The notes below the pieces were generated by a model. That model was given only the letters and a program-made list of their open reading frames with translations. It was not told where the DNA came from and ran no database searches. A program made the translations under genes and the position numbers. Below are positions 37,814 to 46,816 of a stretch of DNA of 64,000 nucleotides, piece by piece; positions within the stretch are counted from its first letter, which is position 1; the number at the start of each line of letters is the position of its first letter. This stretch comes from Bacteroidales bacterium. Lineage in GTDB: Bacteria > Bacteroidota > Bacteroidia > Bacteroidales > DTGW01. The stretch spans positions 565-64,564 of the forward strand of contig DAOSPF010000002.1 in assembly GCA_035374585.1 (NCBI GenBank), read 5' to 3'.

Positions 37814-39234
37814 AAAGGGCATTTAACGTTTGGAATAACCTCGACTGGTTTACAGTAATGATATACTTAGCACTGGTTATTATTGGTTGGATAAACATAT
37901 ATGCAGCTGTTTATTCGGATGAGCACCAACATATCTTTGACTTTCAGATGCGTTATGGGAAGCAGATGATATGGATTATGGCAGCTATATTTTTGGCGAT
38001 AGTAGCTTTAGTAATCGATATTCGGATATATTCGTTTTTTGCCTATCCTGCTTATCTTGCAACAATATTATTACTTATTGCTGTAATATTTTTAGGAAAA
38101 GAAGTAAATGGGGCCCGTGCCTGGTTTGAAATTGGAGGGCTGCGGATTCAACCTACCGAATTTGCCAAAACTGCTACCTGTCTGGCATTGGCAAAATATT
38201 TAAGTTCTTTTGAGATAAGGATTGATAAGGTAAAAACAATGATGACTATATTGCTAATCATTGCCATTCCATCAACTTTTATAATATTACAACCTGATGT
38301 AGGATCATTACTGGTATTTGTGTCATTTGCTTTTGTGTTGTACCGCGAAGGCATGCCCGGAGGTTTTTTGTTTTTTGGTTTTTTACTTGCATTTTTGTTC
38401 GTTTTTGCTTTAATAGCACAACCGTTGACTGTATTAATAGTAATACTTTTTATTGCAGTAGTAGCCTTTTTCTTATTAAATAAAGGGACAAAAGAGACTC
38501 TTATTTTCATATTCACGTTAGTTGGCTTATATTTTTTAATATTTATCATAGCCAAACTATTTCATATAAAATTATCTTATTACAAGACATTATTAATAGC
38601 TTCGATTATTACCGGTATAAGTGGACTGGTGTATCAATTTTTTCGAAAGGTGCCGTATGCTTTTTGGGTTGCTGTTATGATGTTTATAGCTATAGGGTTT
38701 ACCTATTCGATAGACTTTGTATTTAACAATATTTTGGAGTCGCATCAGAAGCAAAGGGTCAATATTTTATTAGGCAAAGAATCTGACCCTCGCGGGGCCG
38801 AATACAACGTTAACCAGAGTAAAATTGCTATAGGATCGGGAGGTTTTTTCGGAAAAGGTTTTTTACAAGGCACGCAAACAAAATATAATTTTGTTCCCGA
38901 ACAAAGTACAGACTTTATATTTTGTACAGTTGGGGAAGAATGGGGGTTTTTAGGCTCGTTTATTGTTTTGGCGCTTTTTGGCTTGCTCCTTGTTCGTATA
39001 ATCTATCTTAGTGAGCGACAGCGTTCGGCTTTTAGCCGAATATACGGGTACGGGGTAGCTTCTATTTTGTTTTTTCATGTTTTTATCAATGTTGGAATGA
39101 CCATAGGTTTATTGCCGGTAATAGGCATTCCGCTTCCATTTTTTAGTTATGGGGGATCATCGCTGTGGGCTTTTACTTTGTTACTTTTCATTTTTTTGAG
39201 GCTCGATGCCGGGAGGTTGGAGCTCTTTCATTAG
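37810..39234 (+). CDS. rodA: peptidoglycan glycosyltransferase RodA (SEDS family)
   Basis: SEDS motifs (QPTEFAK, PEQSTDFIF, GLLPVIGIPLPFFSYGGSS). 4-nt overlap with mrdA. Confidence 0.9.
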   Translation: MKRAFNVWNNLDWFTVMIYLALVIIGWINIYAAVYSDEHQHIFDFQMRYGKQMIWIMAAIFLAIVALVIDIRIYSFFAYPAYLATILLLIAVIFLGKEVNGARAWFEIGGLRIQPTEFAKTATCLALAKYLSSFEIRIDKVKTMMTILLIIAIPSTFIILQPDVGSLLVFVSFAFVLYREGMPGGFLFFGFLLAFLFVFALIAQPLTVLIVILFIAVVAFFLLNKGTKETLIFIFTLVGLYFLIFIIAKLFHIKLSYYKTLLIASIITGISGLVYQFFRKVPYAFWVAVMMFIAIGFTYSIDFVFNNILESHQKQRVNILLGKESDPRGAEYNVNQSKIAIGSGGFFGKGFLQGTQTKYNFVPEQSTDFIFCTVGEEWGFLGSFIVLALFGLLLVRIIYLSERQRSAFSRIYGYGVASILFFHVFINVGMTIGLLPVIGIPLPFFSYGGSSLWAFTLLLFIFLRLDAGRLELFH

Positions 39235-39323
39235 TTCTGTGAAATCAATAACAGCAAGTCTTTCATAATGATTCTAAATAAGTAAAAGTTTAGAAAAAAT
39301 TATCCTTAATATATTCTTTTGTA

Positions 39324-39331
39324 TAATTTTG
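39324..39331 (+). promoter_or_regulatory. candidate -7 promoter box TAnnTTTG (TAATTTTG)
   Basis: Exact motif 35 nt upstream of the echA ATG at 39367, in the 132-bp gap after rodA. Confidence 0.45.
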
Positions 39332-39366
39332 TCGCCTTTAAATTTCAGAAGTAAAAAGAAACTATT

Positions 39367-41235
39367 ATGAATCAACTTGTATTAGTCTTATTTATTCTTC
39401 CTTTGCTCGTGAGCCCATTATTATTGGTATTGCCACGTAAAGCGAGGACATTTGCCACAGTAACGACTGTAAGTATTTTATCTTTGATTTCAGTTTACCT
39501 GTATTTTAGGGCAGATGAAACCATCAGCATCATGCTTCCGGGAATAGTAAACACTATTATAGCAGGGGCAGATGTGATATTGCTTTTATATTTTGGCTAT
39601 ATAGCCATTCAACGCAAAAGCTTGCTTGTGGGTATCATGAGTGTCCTGCAGCTTGGCGGCGTTTTGTTTTTATTGACAAAGATGCCTCACCACGAAGCAA
39701 ACCAGATATTAGTTGACAAGTTAAGTTTATTTATGTTCCTGCTCATCAATATTGTAAGTGGTGTTATTGCAGCATTTGCTATTGAGTATATTGAAGAGGA
39801 GAATTGCAGCGAATATCGCAAGCGCTTTTTTCTTTCTGTTATCATGTGGTTTATTGGGGTAATGAACCTGATAGTATCGGCCGATAACCTCGAATATTTC
39901 TTCTTGTTCTTTGAGCTGACAACATTGGCATCTTACTTGCTTATCAGCTTCAGAAAAGACGAAGAGTCTGTACACAATGCACTTACCGCACTTTGGATGA
40001 ACCAAATTGGCGGTATTGCTATTTTAGGGGCTATATTTATGGCTGTATTTACGCCGGGTTATGGTGAAATTACTTTTTCAAGCCTAATTGCCAAAGCTCC
40101 TACTGTTGGTGTATTACTCCCTTTTGCTTTATTGGCAGTGGCTGCATTGATTAAAGGAGCTCAAATGCCTTTCAGCAAATGGTTGCTTGGAGCAATGGTT
40201 GCTCCGACCCCTGTTTCTGCATTACTTCACTCGTCAACAATGGTGAAGATTGCGCCATTTGTCATCTTACGTATTTCACCGGCTATTCACAATACTATGC
40301 TAGCGCAGGTAATTATAGGCCTAACGGCTTTTGTATTCCTGGTAGCAGCTATTAGTGCACTGGCACAAGATACCTTTAAAAGGATACTTGCATTTTCAAC
40401 CATTTCTCTTTTAGGCCTTATGTGCTTAATGGCTGCAATAGGTTCTGAAGTAGCAGTAGTGGCAGCACTTTTACTTATCATCTTCCATGGTTTGTCAAAA
40501 TGTATGCTCTTCCTCAACGCTGGTATTATTGAAAGGATATTCCACTGGAAAAAAGCTTCAGATATGGACAAACTTGGCGAAGTAGGCCCATTCACTTCAT
40601 TGATAGTAGCAGTAGGTTTTATGTCATTGTTACTGCCTCCATTTGGCGCATTTGTTGGCAAATGGTTTAGTTTGGAAACTATAGGCGCTGGTCTTGGTAA
40701 CTCACAGGTTGCCGGGGCTCTTGTTATTAGTGCAATTGCCATTGGAGGTGCTGTAATGTCATTGCTTTACTTTAAAGTAATGGGGTTAATTATTGCCCGC
40801 TCTGGTGAAAAAGATAAAGTACAGTTTGAAAGCATGCCAATTCTTTTCTCATCAAGTATGTACATTTTACTTGCTTTAATATTTGCTGGTATTATCAGCT
40901 TACCATTTATGATGGGAGGGTTCTTTGCCCCGGTAGCATCTGATGTTACTGGATTAGCAGTTAACGTTCAATGGAGCAAGCTGACGATGATGATAGGAGA
41001 AGCTCAATTGCCAATCATCCCATTGTTCCTGGCTTTCTTGTTTTTGCCTTTGACCATGATAATAGCCATGTTTGTCCGTTTTAAAGGAGCTGACAGGGCT
41101 AAAGAATATATGTGCGGAGAAAAGGTCGAATACAGGTTGTCTTCATTCTACTTCAATACTGAAAAAGTTACTCCATATTTCATTGCAATAGGTATTATAT
41201 TCTTCATTGGGATTGTTACCGTTGCTATTATTTAA
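39367..41235 (+). CDS. echA: Ech hydrogenase membrane subunit A (NuoL/Mrp antiporter-like)
   Basis: 622-aa polytopic protein with proton-conducting transporter motifs (WLLGAMVAPTPVSALLHSSTMV). First gene of a six-gene ech-order cluster. Confidence 0.75.
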   Translation: MNQLVLVLFILPLLVSPLLLVLPRKARTFATVTTVSILSLISVYLYFRADETISIMLPGIVNTIIAGADVILLLYFGYIAIQRKSLLVGIMSVLQLGGVLFLLTKMPHHEANQILVDKLSLFMFLLINIVSGVIAAFAIEYIEEENCSEYRKRFFLSVIMWFIGVMNLIVSADNLEYFFLFFELTTLASYLLISFRKDEESVHNALTALWMNQIGGIAILGAIFMAVFTPGYGEITFSSLIAKAPTVGVLLPFALLAVAALIKGAQMPFSKWLLGAMVAPTPVSALLHSSTMVKIAPFVILRISPAIHNTMLAQVIIGLTAFVFLVAAISALAQDTFKRILAFSTISLLGLMCLMAAIGSEVAVVAALLLIIFHGLSKCMLFLNAGIIERIFHWKKASDMDKLGEVGPFTSLIVAVGFMSLLLPPFGAFVGKWFSLETIGAGLGNSQVAGALVISAIAIGGAVMSLLYFKVMGLIIARSGEKDKVQFESMPILFSSSMYILLALIFAGIISLPFMMGGFFAPVASDVTGLAVNVQWSKLTMMIGEAQLPIIPLFLAFLFLPLTMIIAMFVRFKGADRAKEYMCGEKVEYRLSSFYFNTEKVTPYFIAIGIIFFIGIVTVAII

Positions 41236-41260
41236 TTGGTTAATGTAAAATTTTATAGAT

Positions 41261-42100
41261 ATGAACAGTATCATTATTTGTACCATCATTGTTATACTGG
41301 CTCCATTTATTGGAGGCTTGGTATATGGTATCGAGCGTAAGGTAAAAGCACGCATGCAACATCGTGTTGGGCCTCCAATTCTCCAGCCATTTTATGATTT
41401 TATGAAACTTGTCGATAAAAGGGCTATGATAGTTCATTCAGCTCATGCTTTTTTGGGCATTATGCATTTTATAGCATTATGGTTTGCAGTAGCTGTTTTA
41501 ATCTTTGGTGGCGACTTTATTTTGGTTATTTACCTGCACCTGATGGCCACGGCATTGCTTATCATTGCCGGTTATAGCACCAGGTCAGTATTTAGCCACC
41601 TTGGTTCAAACCGTTTAGCCATAAGTGCTTTGGCATACGAGCCAGTACTCATTCTTATTGCTATTTCTGTTTACCTAACCACTGGTAGCTTTGAGATTTC
41701 GTCAATATTTAGTATGTCAACACCGCTTATTGCAAAAATGCCTTTAGCATTTGTTGCATTGTTGTTAATATTGCCCATTAAGCTCAAAAAATCGCCTTTT
41801 GACGTAGCAGAAGCTCACCAGGAAATTACAGGTGGCGCTGAGATTGAGTATTCGGGTATTTTCTTCGAATTCTTATATACAGCCAAATGGCTTGACTATG
41901 TATTTTGCTATGTATTAGTTTACCTTTTTGCAGCAAACAACGTTTGGCTTGGATTAGGTTTAGTAGCAGCTACATTTTTATATATTAATGCCCTTGACAA
42001 CTCTACTGCCCGCGTGGACTACAAACAGATGCTGAAATTCAGTATGTATGTAGCATTGCCAATAGCATTTATCAACCTTTTACTCACCATCTTAAAGTAA
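41261..42100 (+). CDS. echB: Ech hydrogenase membrane subunit B (NuoH-like)
   Basis: GIERKVKARMQHRVGPP and PFDVAEAHQEITGG motifs typical of NuoH/HycD/EchB. Confidence 0.8.
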   Translation: MNSIIICTIIVILAPFIGGLVYGIERKVKARMQHRVGPPILQPFYDFMKLVDKRAMIVHSAHAFLGIMHFIALWFAVAVLIFGGDFILVIYLHLMATALLIIAGYSTRSVFSHLGSNRLAISALAYEPVLILIAISVYLTTGSFEISSIFSMSTPLIAKMPLAFVALLLILPIKLKKSPFDVAEAHQEITGGAEIEYSGIFFEFLYTAKWLDYVFCYVLVYLFAANNVWLGLGLVAATFLYINALDNSTARVDYKQMLKFSMYVALPIAFINLLLTILK

Positions 42101-42104
42101 AGAT

Positions 42105-42620
42105 ATGAAACTCAGCGGTTATCGTAAAAAATCACCATGGATATTACATTACAATGCCGGAAGTTGCAATGGTTGTGATATCGAAATTCTTGCATGTCTT
42201 TGTCCTAAATATGACGTAGAACGTTTTGGGCTTATCAATACCGGTAATCCTAAACAATCAGATATTCTGCTCATTACAGGGCCTGTAACCAAACGTTCAC
42301 GTGAACGTCTGGTTGAGATTTATGCCCAAATGCCAGAGCCAAAAGTAGTCATTGCTTGTGGTTCATGTGCCAGTACAGGTGGGGTATTTCGTCCGATGTA
42401 CAACATTGAAGGTGGAGTAGATCAGGTTATCCCTGTAGATGTTTATGTTCCTGGTTGTGCTTGTCGTCCTGAGCAAATTATAGATGGCGTAGTTACTGCT
42501 CTTGGAATACTTGAACAAAAAACCAAAGAAATTGAAAAGAGCCACATTCTTCATGTAGCACCATTAGAAGAAGACGGACAGGTAAACCGCCGGCACATGG
42601 CCGGGACCATTAAAAAGTGA
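42105..42620 (+). CDS. echC: Ech hydrogenase small subunit C (NuoB-like, one [4Fe-4S])
   Basis: Cys ligand pattern GSCNGCDIE, ACGSCAS, PGCACRP. Confidence 0.85.
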   Translation: MKLSGYRKKSPWILHYNAGSCNGCDIEILACLCPKYDVERFGLINTGNPKQSDILLITGPVTKRSRERLVEIYAQMPEPKVVIACGSCASTGGVFRPMYNIEGGVDQVIPVDVYVPGCACRPEQIIDGVVTALGILEQKTKEIEKSHILHVAPLEEDGQVNRRHMAGTIKK

Positions 42621-42654
42621 TTTGTTTTGAAGTTTGTAAATTTTTGAAATACAA

Positions 42655-43005
42655 ATGTCTATGAAAAAGATAGAAACAACGCTCGAAACTTTGAAGGCCG
42701 ATATTGGGGCTTTTTATAAGGTGGATGAGCACCATTTTATAGTCATGAACGTTGTAGATTTAGGTGGTAACCAACTCGATATACAGTGGTTCTTTAGCGA
42801 CTATGCACAACCTTGCGAGGTAACAATGTTTACAGCTAAAGCTGATGCCGGAGTTCAAATTCCGTCTATCAATTCAATAGTAGCCTCTGCATGGGTTGCT
42901 GAAGCTGAGTTAGTTGACCTTATGGGGGTTAATATTGAAAATGCCCAAAAAGGTTTTGTTCTTGAAGATGATTTTGAAGGTTCACCATTAAGAAAAGTAA
43001 AGTAA
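42655..43005 (+). CDS. echD: Ech hydrogenase subunit D (short NuoC-like)
   Basis: 116 aa. Position between the NuoB-like and large subunit genes. C-terminal NuoC-like segment (LVDLMGVNIE...PLRK). Confidence 0.65.
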   Translation: MSMKKIETTLETLKADIGAFYKVDEHHFIVMNVVDLGGNQLDIQWFFSDYAQPCEVTMFTAKADAGVQIPSINSIVASAWVAEAELVDLMGVNIENAQKGFVLEDDFEGSPLRKVK

Positions 43006-43008
43006 ACT

Positions 43009-44097
43009 ATGGCAACACAATATGATATTCCGGTTGGGGCGCAACATATATCGTTGCTCGAACCATTACATTTTAAGCTCACTACAGAAAACGAAAAAAT
43101 TGTTGACGTTCAGGCCAACGTGGGTTATGTTCACCGGGGCATTGAGCTGGCATGTACCTCTAAGTTTAAATTTAGACAAGTAAGTTTTGTTGTTGGCCGT
43201 GTTTGCGGGCTTTGCTCTATTTCGCACACCACTGCATACTCACAGGTAGCTGAAAAACTGTTAAACCTTGAGCTTTCAAAAAGGGCTAAATACCTTCGTA
43301 TTTTAGTACTAGAGCTTGATCGTATCCACTCGCACTTGTTGTGCTTATCGCACGTAGCTGAAAATTCGGGTTTTGAGGCGCTTTTCATGAAAACTATGAA
43401 AGACCGCGAAATTTCGATGGAGTTGCTCGAAGCTGTTTGCGGGAACCGTGTACAATATGACTATTCGGTAGTCGGAGGTGTTGCCCGCGATTTGCGCCCA
43501 GAGGTTGCACAAATGGTATTGGCACGTTTGAACGATTTCAAGCCAAAACTCGATGATCTGAGAGAAATTTTTGAAAACAACTATTCGCTTTCTTTAAAAA
43601 ATAGAGGTATTGGAGTATTGAGCAGTGAAAACGTGAAGCTGCTTAATGCTGTAGGTCCATTGGCACGTGCTGCAGGTGTTCCTATTGATGTGCGTAACGA
43701 AACTGAAGACCTTCTCCCATGGAAAGAAGTTGGTTTTAATATGGTGCTTGGCGATGCAGGCGACGTTCATGCCCGTAACATGGTTCGTATCCATGAGTTG
43801 TACAATTCAATTCAGATGATTGAAAATGTTATTAACGGTTTGCCTGAAGGAGATATCATTACAGAAACTAAAGCTATGCCAGAAGGTGAAGCTGTTGTAC
43901 GTCTGGAAGCTCCTCGTGGGGAACTTTTCCACTATGCTAAAGGGAACAAGACCCAGATTTTGGAACGTTTGAAAATCAAAGCTCCAACATTCTCAAATAT
44001 CCCGGCATTTATTGAGACATTCAAAGGTAACGAATATGCAAGTGCCCCGGCTATCATTGCTTCATTCGACCCTTGTTTGAGTTGTACTGCACGATAA
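43009..44097 (+). CDS. echE: Ech [NiFe]-hydrogenase large subunit E (NuoD-like)
   Basis: N-terminal Ni-Fe motif RVCGLCSISH and C-terminal DPCLSCTAR immediately followed by the stop. Confidence 0.88.
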   Translation: MATQYDIPVGAQHISLLEPLHFKLTTENEKIVDVQANVGYVHRGIELACTSKFKFRQVSFVVGRVCGLCSISHTTAYSQVAEKLLNLELSKRAKYLRILVLELDRIHSHLLCLSHVAENSGFEALFMKTMKDREISMELLEAVCGNRVQYDYSVVGGVARDLRPEVAQMVLARLNDFKPKLDDLREIFENNYSLSLKNRGIGVLSSENVKLLNAVGPLARAAGVPIDVRNETEDLLPWKEVGFNMVLGDAGDVHARNMVRIHELYNSIQMIENVINGLPEGDIITETKAMPEGEAVVRLEAPRGELFHYAKGNKTQILERLKIKAPTFSNIPAFIETFKGNEYASAPAIIASFDPCLSCTAR

Positions 44098-44122
44098 TTA
44101 TAAACTGTTAACAGAAGTAACC

Positions 44123-44557
44123 ATGAAATCATTTTTCGAAGCGTTAACAAACCTTTTCAGGAAGCCAGCTACGGTAAAATATCCATTTGAAAAAACATAT
44201 ATCCCGGAAGACTACAGGGGGATGATAGTTCATAACCCTGAACTTTGTATTTGGTGCCGCAAATGCGAGATGGTATGTCCTCCAGGCGCTATTGTGTTTT
44301 CACAAGATATGGATGGAAAACAAACATACCACTACAATCGTGCTGTATGTATTTATTGTGGCGAATGTGTCCGTCAATGCCCAAAAGATGGGGCCTTGAT
44401 GCAATCGGCTACTCCTGGTACCCCTGCTGTTAAAAATGAAAATATCAACAACAGTTGGAAGGTCACTTATGATGAAGCATTAAAGAGCCGTGCTGCATAC
44501 ATGGCTGCTAAAAAAGCCGCTGCTGCTTCAAAATCTGCTGAAGGGGCTGCTGAATAA
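44123..44557 (+). CDS. echF: Ech hydrogenase subunit F (NuoI-like 2x[4Fe-4S] ferredoxin)
   Basis: CIWCRKCEMVCP and CIYCGECVRQCP motifs, with an Ala/Lys-rich tail. Confidence 0.85.
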   Translation: MKSFFEALTNLFRKPATVKYPFEKTYIPEDYRGMIVHNPELCIWCRKCEMVCPPGAIVFSQDMDGKQTYHYNRAVCIYCGECVRQCPKDGALMQSATPGTPAVKNENINNSWKVTYDEALKSRAAYMAAKKAAAASKSAEGAAE

Positions 44558-44585
44558 TTAGCTTTTTGTTTTAGACCTAAATAAT

Positions 44586-44620
44586 AAATCCCGGGAGGTT
44601 TGTCTTTCGGGATTTTTATT
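44586..44620. terminator. hairpin terminator between convergent echF and the receiver gene
   Basis: aaatcccg-(14 nt)-cgggattt followed by a T-run. It overlaps the receiver stop codon. Confidence 0.6.
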
Positions 44621-44989
44621 TACATTTTTCTTCCAGCTCAATATATTTGCTGACAATGCTGAGAAATAGCTCAGGTAAGACAGGTTTGTTGAGGAAATAT
44701 TCGATGCCAAGATCATATATTTCTTCACATCGTTCAGTGTAGGCGCTAATAAAAACAATAGGGACTTTAAATCGTTCGTTAATTAAGAATTTTGTCAACT
44801 CAATGCCATCAGTGTCTGGAAGCATAAGGTCCATAAGTATCAGGTCAAACCTTACCGGTTTTTTTGCATGATATTATAAAATTCTTTTCCATCTGCAGCT
44901 CTTACCATTTCTACATTATATTCTGAAAGGATTTCTTCCAGCAAATAATAATTTGTATCGTTGTCTTCTATGGCAAAGACTCTTTTCAT
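44616..44989 (-). pseudogene. stand-alone CheY-like response regulator receiver, frameshifted in a homopolymer (T7 on + strand, 44859-44865)
   Basis: N-terminal frame gives MKRVFAIEDNDTNYYLLEEILSEYNVEMVRAADGKEFYNIMQKNR*. The C-terminal ORF gives MDLMLPDTDGIELTKFL...NKPV. One extra base gives ...IMQKKPVRFDLILMDLMLPDTDG, an intact receiver. Confidence 0.75.
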
Positions 44990-45111
44990 AAATGCCTGTC
45001 TGCTATTTTTTTTGTTGACTTAATGGTACTAAGTTAATGAAAAACAAAAAAATGGGCAGGTGTGTGTGTTATTTTTCAATTGATGCTCGTCAAAAAATTT
45101 GACTATTGCGA

Positions 45112-45726
45112 TTATTCTTTATTCTCGAAATAATTTTCAATAATATCGCGAATGGAGCCATGCATTAAAGGTTTAAGAGGGATTATTTCGTTGTAAGGTA
45201 ACCACAAAGCACGTTCTATATCTTCAGATGTTTGGGGTTGAAGGTTTTTGTTTGACTTACACTGCATAAGGTACCAGTGGGTTTTTTTCAAAACCAATTC
45301 TTCTTTTAAAAAATAAAGATGATAAGTATGTTGAAAAAACCTGTTGATAGAAAGCTTTTTAGCTCCGGTTTCTTCTTCTACCTCTCTAATAGCTGCTTTT
45401 TCGGGGGTTTCGCCTTTGTCTATTTTACCTTTGGCCATATCCCATTTGCCACGTCTGAAAATCATCAAAAAATTTTTATCTGCATTTTCGACCAAGCCTC
45501 CTGCAGCTTCAATAATCCTGAACTTCGAAGCAAAAAGTTTAAAAGTACCCTCTACATCTTCTGTTGTAAAACATTTTGTTTCAGAGGTATTATTGTTTTG
45601 AGCTGTAGCAAGCCAATCAATAAATTGTTTTTCATTTTCAAAGGGGATTGCTTGCAGTTTAATCTTGTCAGCCTCGTTTTTATTAGCTATGACTAAAAAG
45701 CTATTGTTAAAAAAAACTTTATACAT
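45112..45726 (-). CDS. NUDIX hydrolase
   Basis: Nudix box GKIDKGETPEKAAIREVEEETG. Confidence 0.8.
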   Translation of the reverse strand: MYKVFFNNSFLVIANKNEADKIKLQAIPFENEKQFIDWLATAQNNNTSETKCFTTEDVEGTFKLFASKFRIIEAAGGLVENADKNFLMIFRRGKWDMAKGKIDKGETPEKAAIREVEEETGAKKLSINRFFQHTYHLYFLKEELVLKKTHWYLMQCKSNKNLQPQTSEDIERALWLPYNEIIPLKPLMHGSIRDIIENYFENKE

Positions 45727-45765
45727 TTGTGGCCTGAATTATAAGTGTAAAAACGTTGTAAAGAT

Positions 45766-46398
45766 ATGGAATATAGCAAAAAAATTGCTCAATTTTTGAT
45801 TGAAAGCCAGTCGGTAAAACTTCGTCCTGAAGAACCTTTTACTTGGGCATCGGGCTGGAAATCGCCTATTTATTGCGATAATAGAAAAACATTGGCATTC
45901 CCGGCTATCCGCGAATATATTAAAAATGCTTTCGTTGATATGATCAATAAAAAGTTCCCGGAACCTGATGTTATTGCAGGTGTTGCAACAGGGGCTATTG
46001 CTCAGGGTGCGCTGGTGGCTGATTTGCTGAAAAAACCATTTTGTTATGTCCGTTCTGCCCCTAAAGATCACGGAATGGCCAATCTTATTGAAGGAAACCT
46101 TGAGCCAGGTCAGAAGGTTGTTGTAATTGAAGATCTTATATCTACCGGAGGAAGTAGTATTAAAGCTGTTGAGGCATTGAGAAATGCCAAAGCCGATGTT
46201 CTTGGCATGGTGGCTATATTTACTTATGGGTTCGAATCGGCAAGTCAGAATTTTAAAAAAGCAGGTATCAATGTTTATACATTGTCGGATTATGACACTC
46301 TTTTAGAACAGGCTATTTCATGGGGATATATCAATCCGAGCCATTTGAACCTGCTCAAAGAATGGCGTGTTGCACCGGATAAATGGGGGAATGCATAA
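45766..46398 (+). CDS. pyrE: orotate phosphoribosyltransferase
   Basis: SGWKSPIYCDNR and PRPP motif VVVIEDLISTGGSS. Confidence 0.9.
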   Translation: MEYSKKIAQFLIESQSVKLRPEEPFTWASGWKSPIYCDNRKTLAFPAIREYIKNAFVDMINKKFPEPDVIAGVATGAIAQGALVADLLKKPFCYVRSAPKDHGMANLIEGNLEPGQKVVVIEDLISTGGSSIKAVEALRNAKADVLGMVAIFTYGFESASQNFKKAGINVYTLSDYDTLLEQAISWGYINPSHLNLLKEWRVAPDKWGNA

Positions 46399-46399
46399 T

Positions 46400-46816
46400 A
46401 TGGAGGTAAAAGTAGAGAGCCGTGTTGGTAAAATGCCTGTCAATACTGAGGCTTTGTATAGGTTGTTTTCAGACTTCAGAAACATGACACAGTTTATCCC
46501 TAAAGATAAGTTGCGTAATTTTCAGGCAACTGAAGATACCTGCTCGTTTGAGGCAGATATGGTGGGGTTAGTAGGGCTGAAAATTGTTGAAAGAAAGCCC
46601 AATTCGCTTGTAAAGATTATTTCTTCGGAGATCTCGAAGTATAGTTTTACTTTTTGGGTACAATTGAAGGAGGTGGCAACTATGGATACCCGCATTAAGC
46701 TGACGTTGGCTTTTGAATCTAACCCGTTTATGGCTGCAATGTTCAAAGGGCAGGTAGAAAAAGCTTTGAATTCTATGATTGACCGAATTGAGCAACAAAA
46801 CTTCAGCTATAACTGA
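46400..46816 (+). CDS. SRPBCC-fold (START/polyketide-cyclase-like) protein
   Basis: 138 aa. General beta-grip pattern only. ATG at 46400 follows the pyrE stop. Confidence 0.45.
   Translation: MEVKVESRVGKMPVNTEALYRLFSDFRNMTQFIPKDKLRNFQATEDTCSFEADMVGLVGLKIVERKPNSLVKIISSEISKYSFTFWVQLKEVATMDTRIKLTLAFESNPFMAAMFKGQVEKALNSMIDRIEQQNFSYN

Noticed and set aside
38148-38555. 135-aa antisense ORF inside rodA; similar ones inside echA (40287-40742) and the hybrid kinase (21775-22284)
   Set aside because: These are shadows of membrane-protein or AT-rich coding sequence. The sense genes carry clear family motifs.
45061-45070. (GT)5 dinucleotide repeat and a T8 run (45008-45015) upstream of the receiver gene
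   Set aside because: Too short to argue for function. This is ordinary low-complexity sequence in an AT-rich spacer.
45319-46071. Overlapping ORFs 45319-45696 (+), 45344-45601 (+) and 45739-46071 (-)
   Set aside because: They lie opposite the NUDIX hydrolase (Nudix box present) and pyrE (PRPP motif present) and show no independent support.
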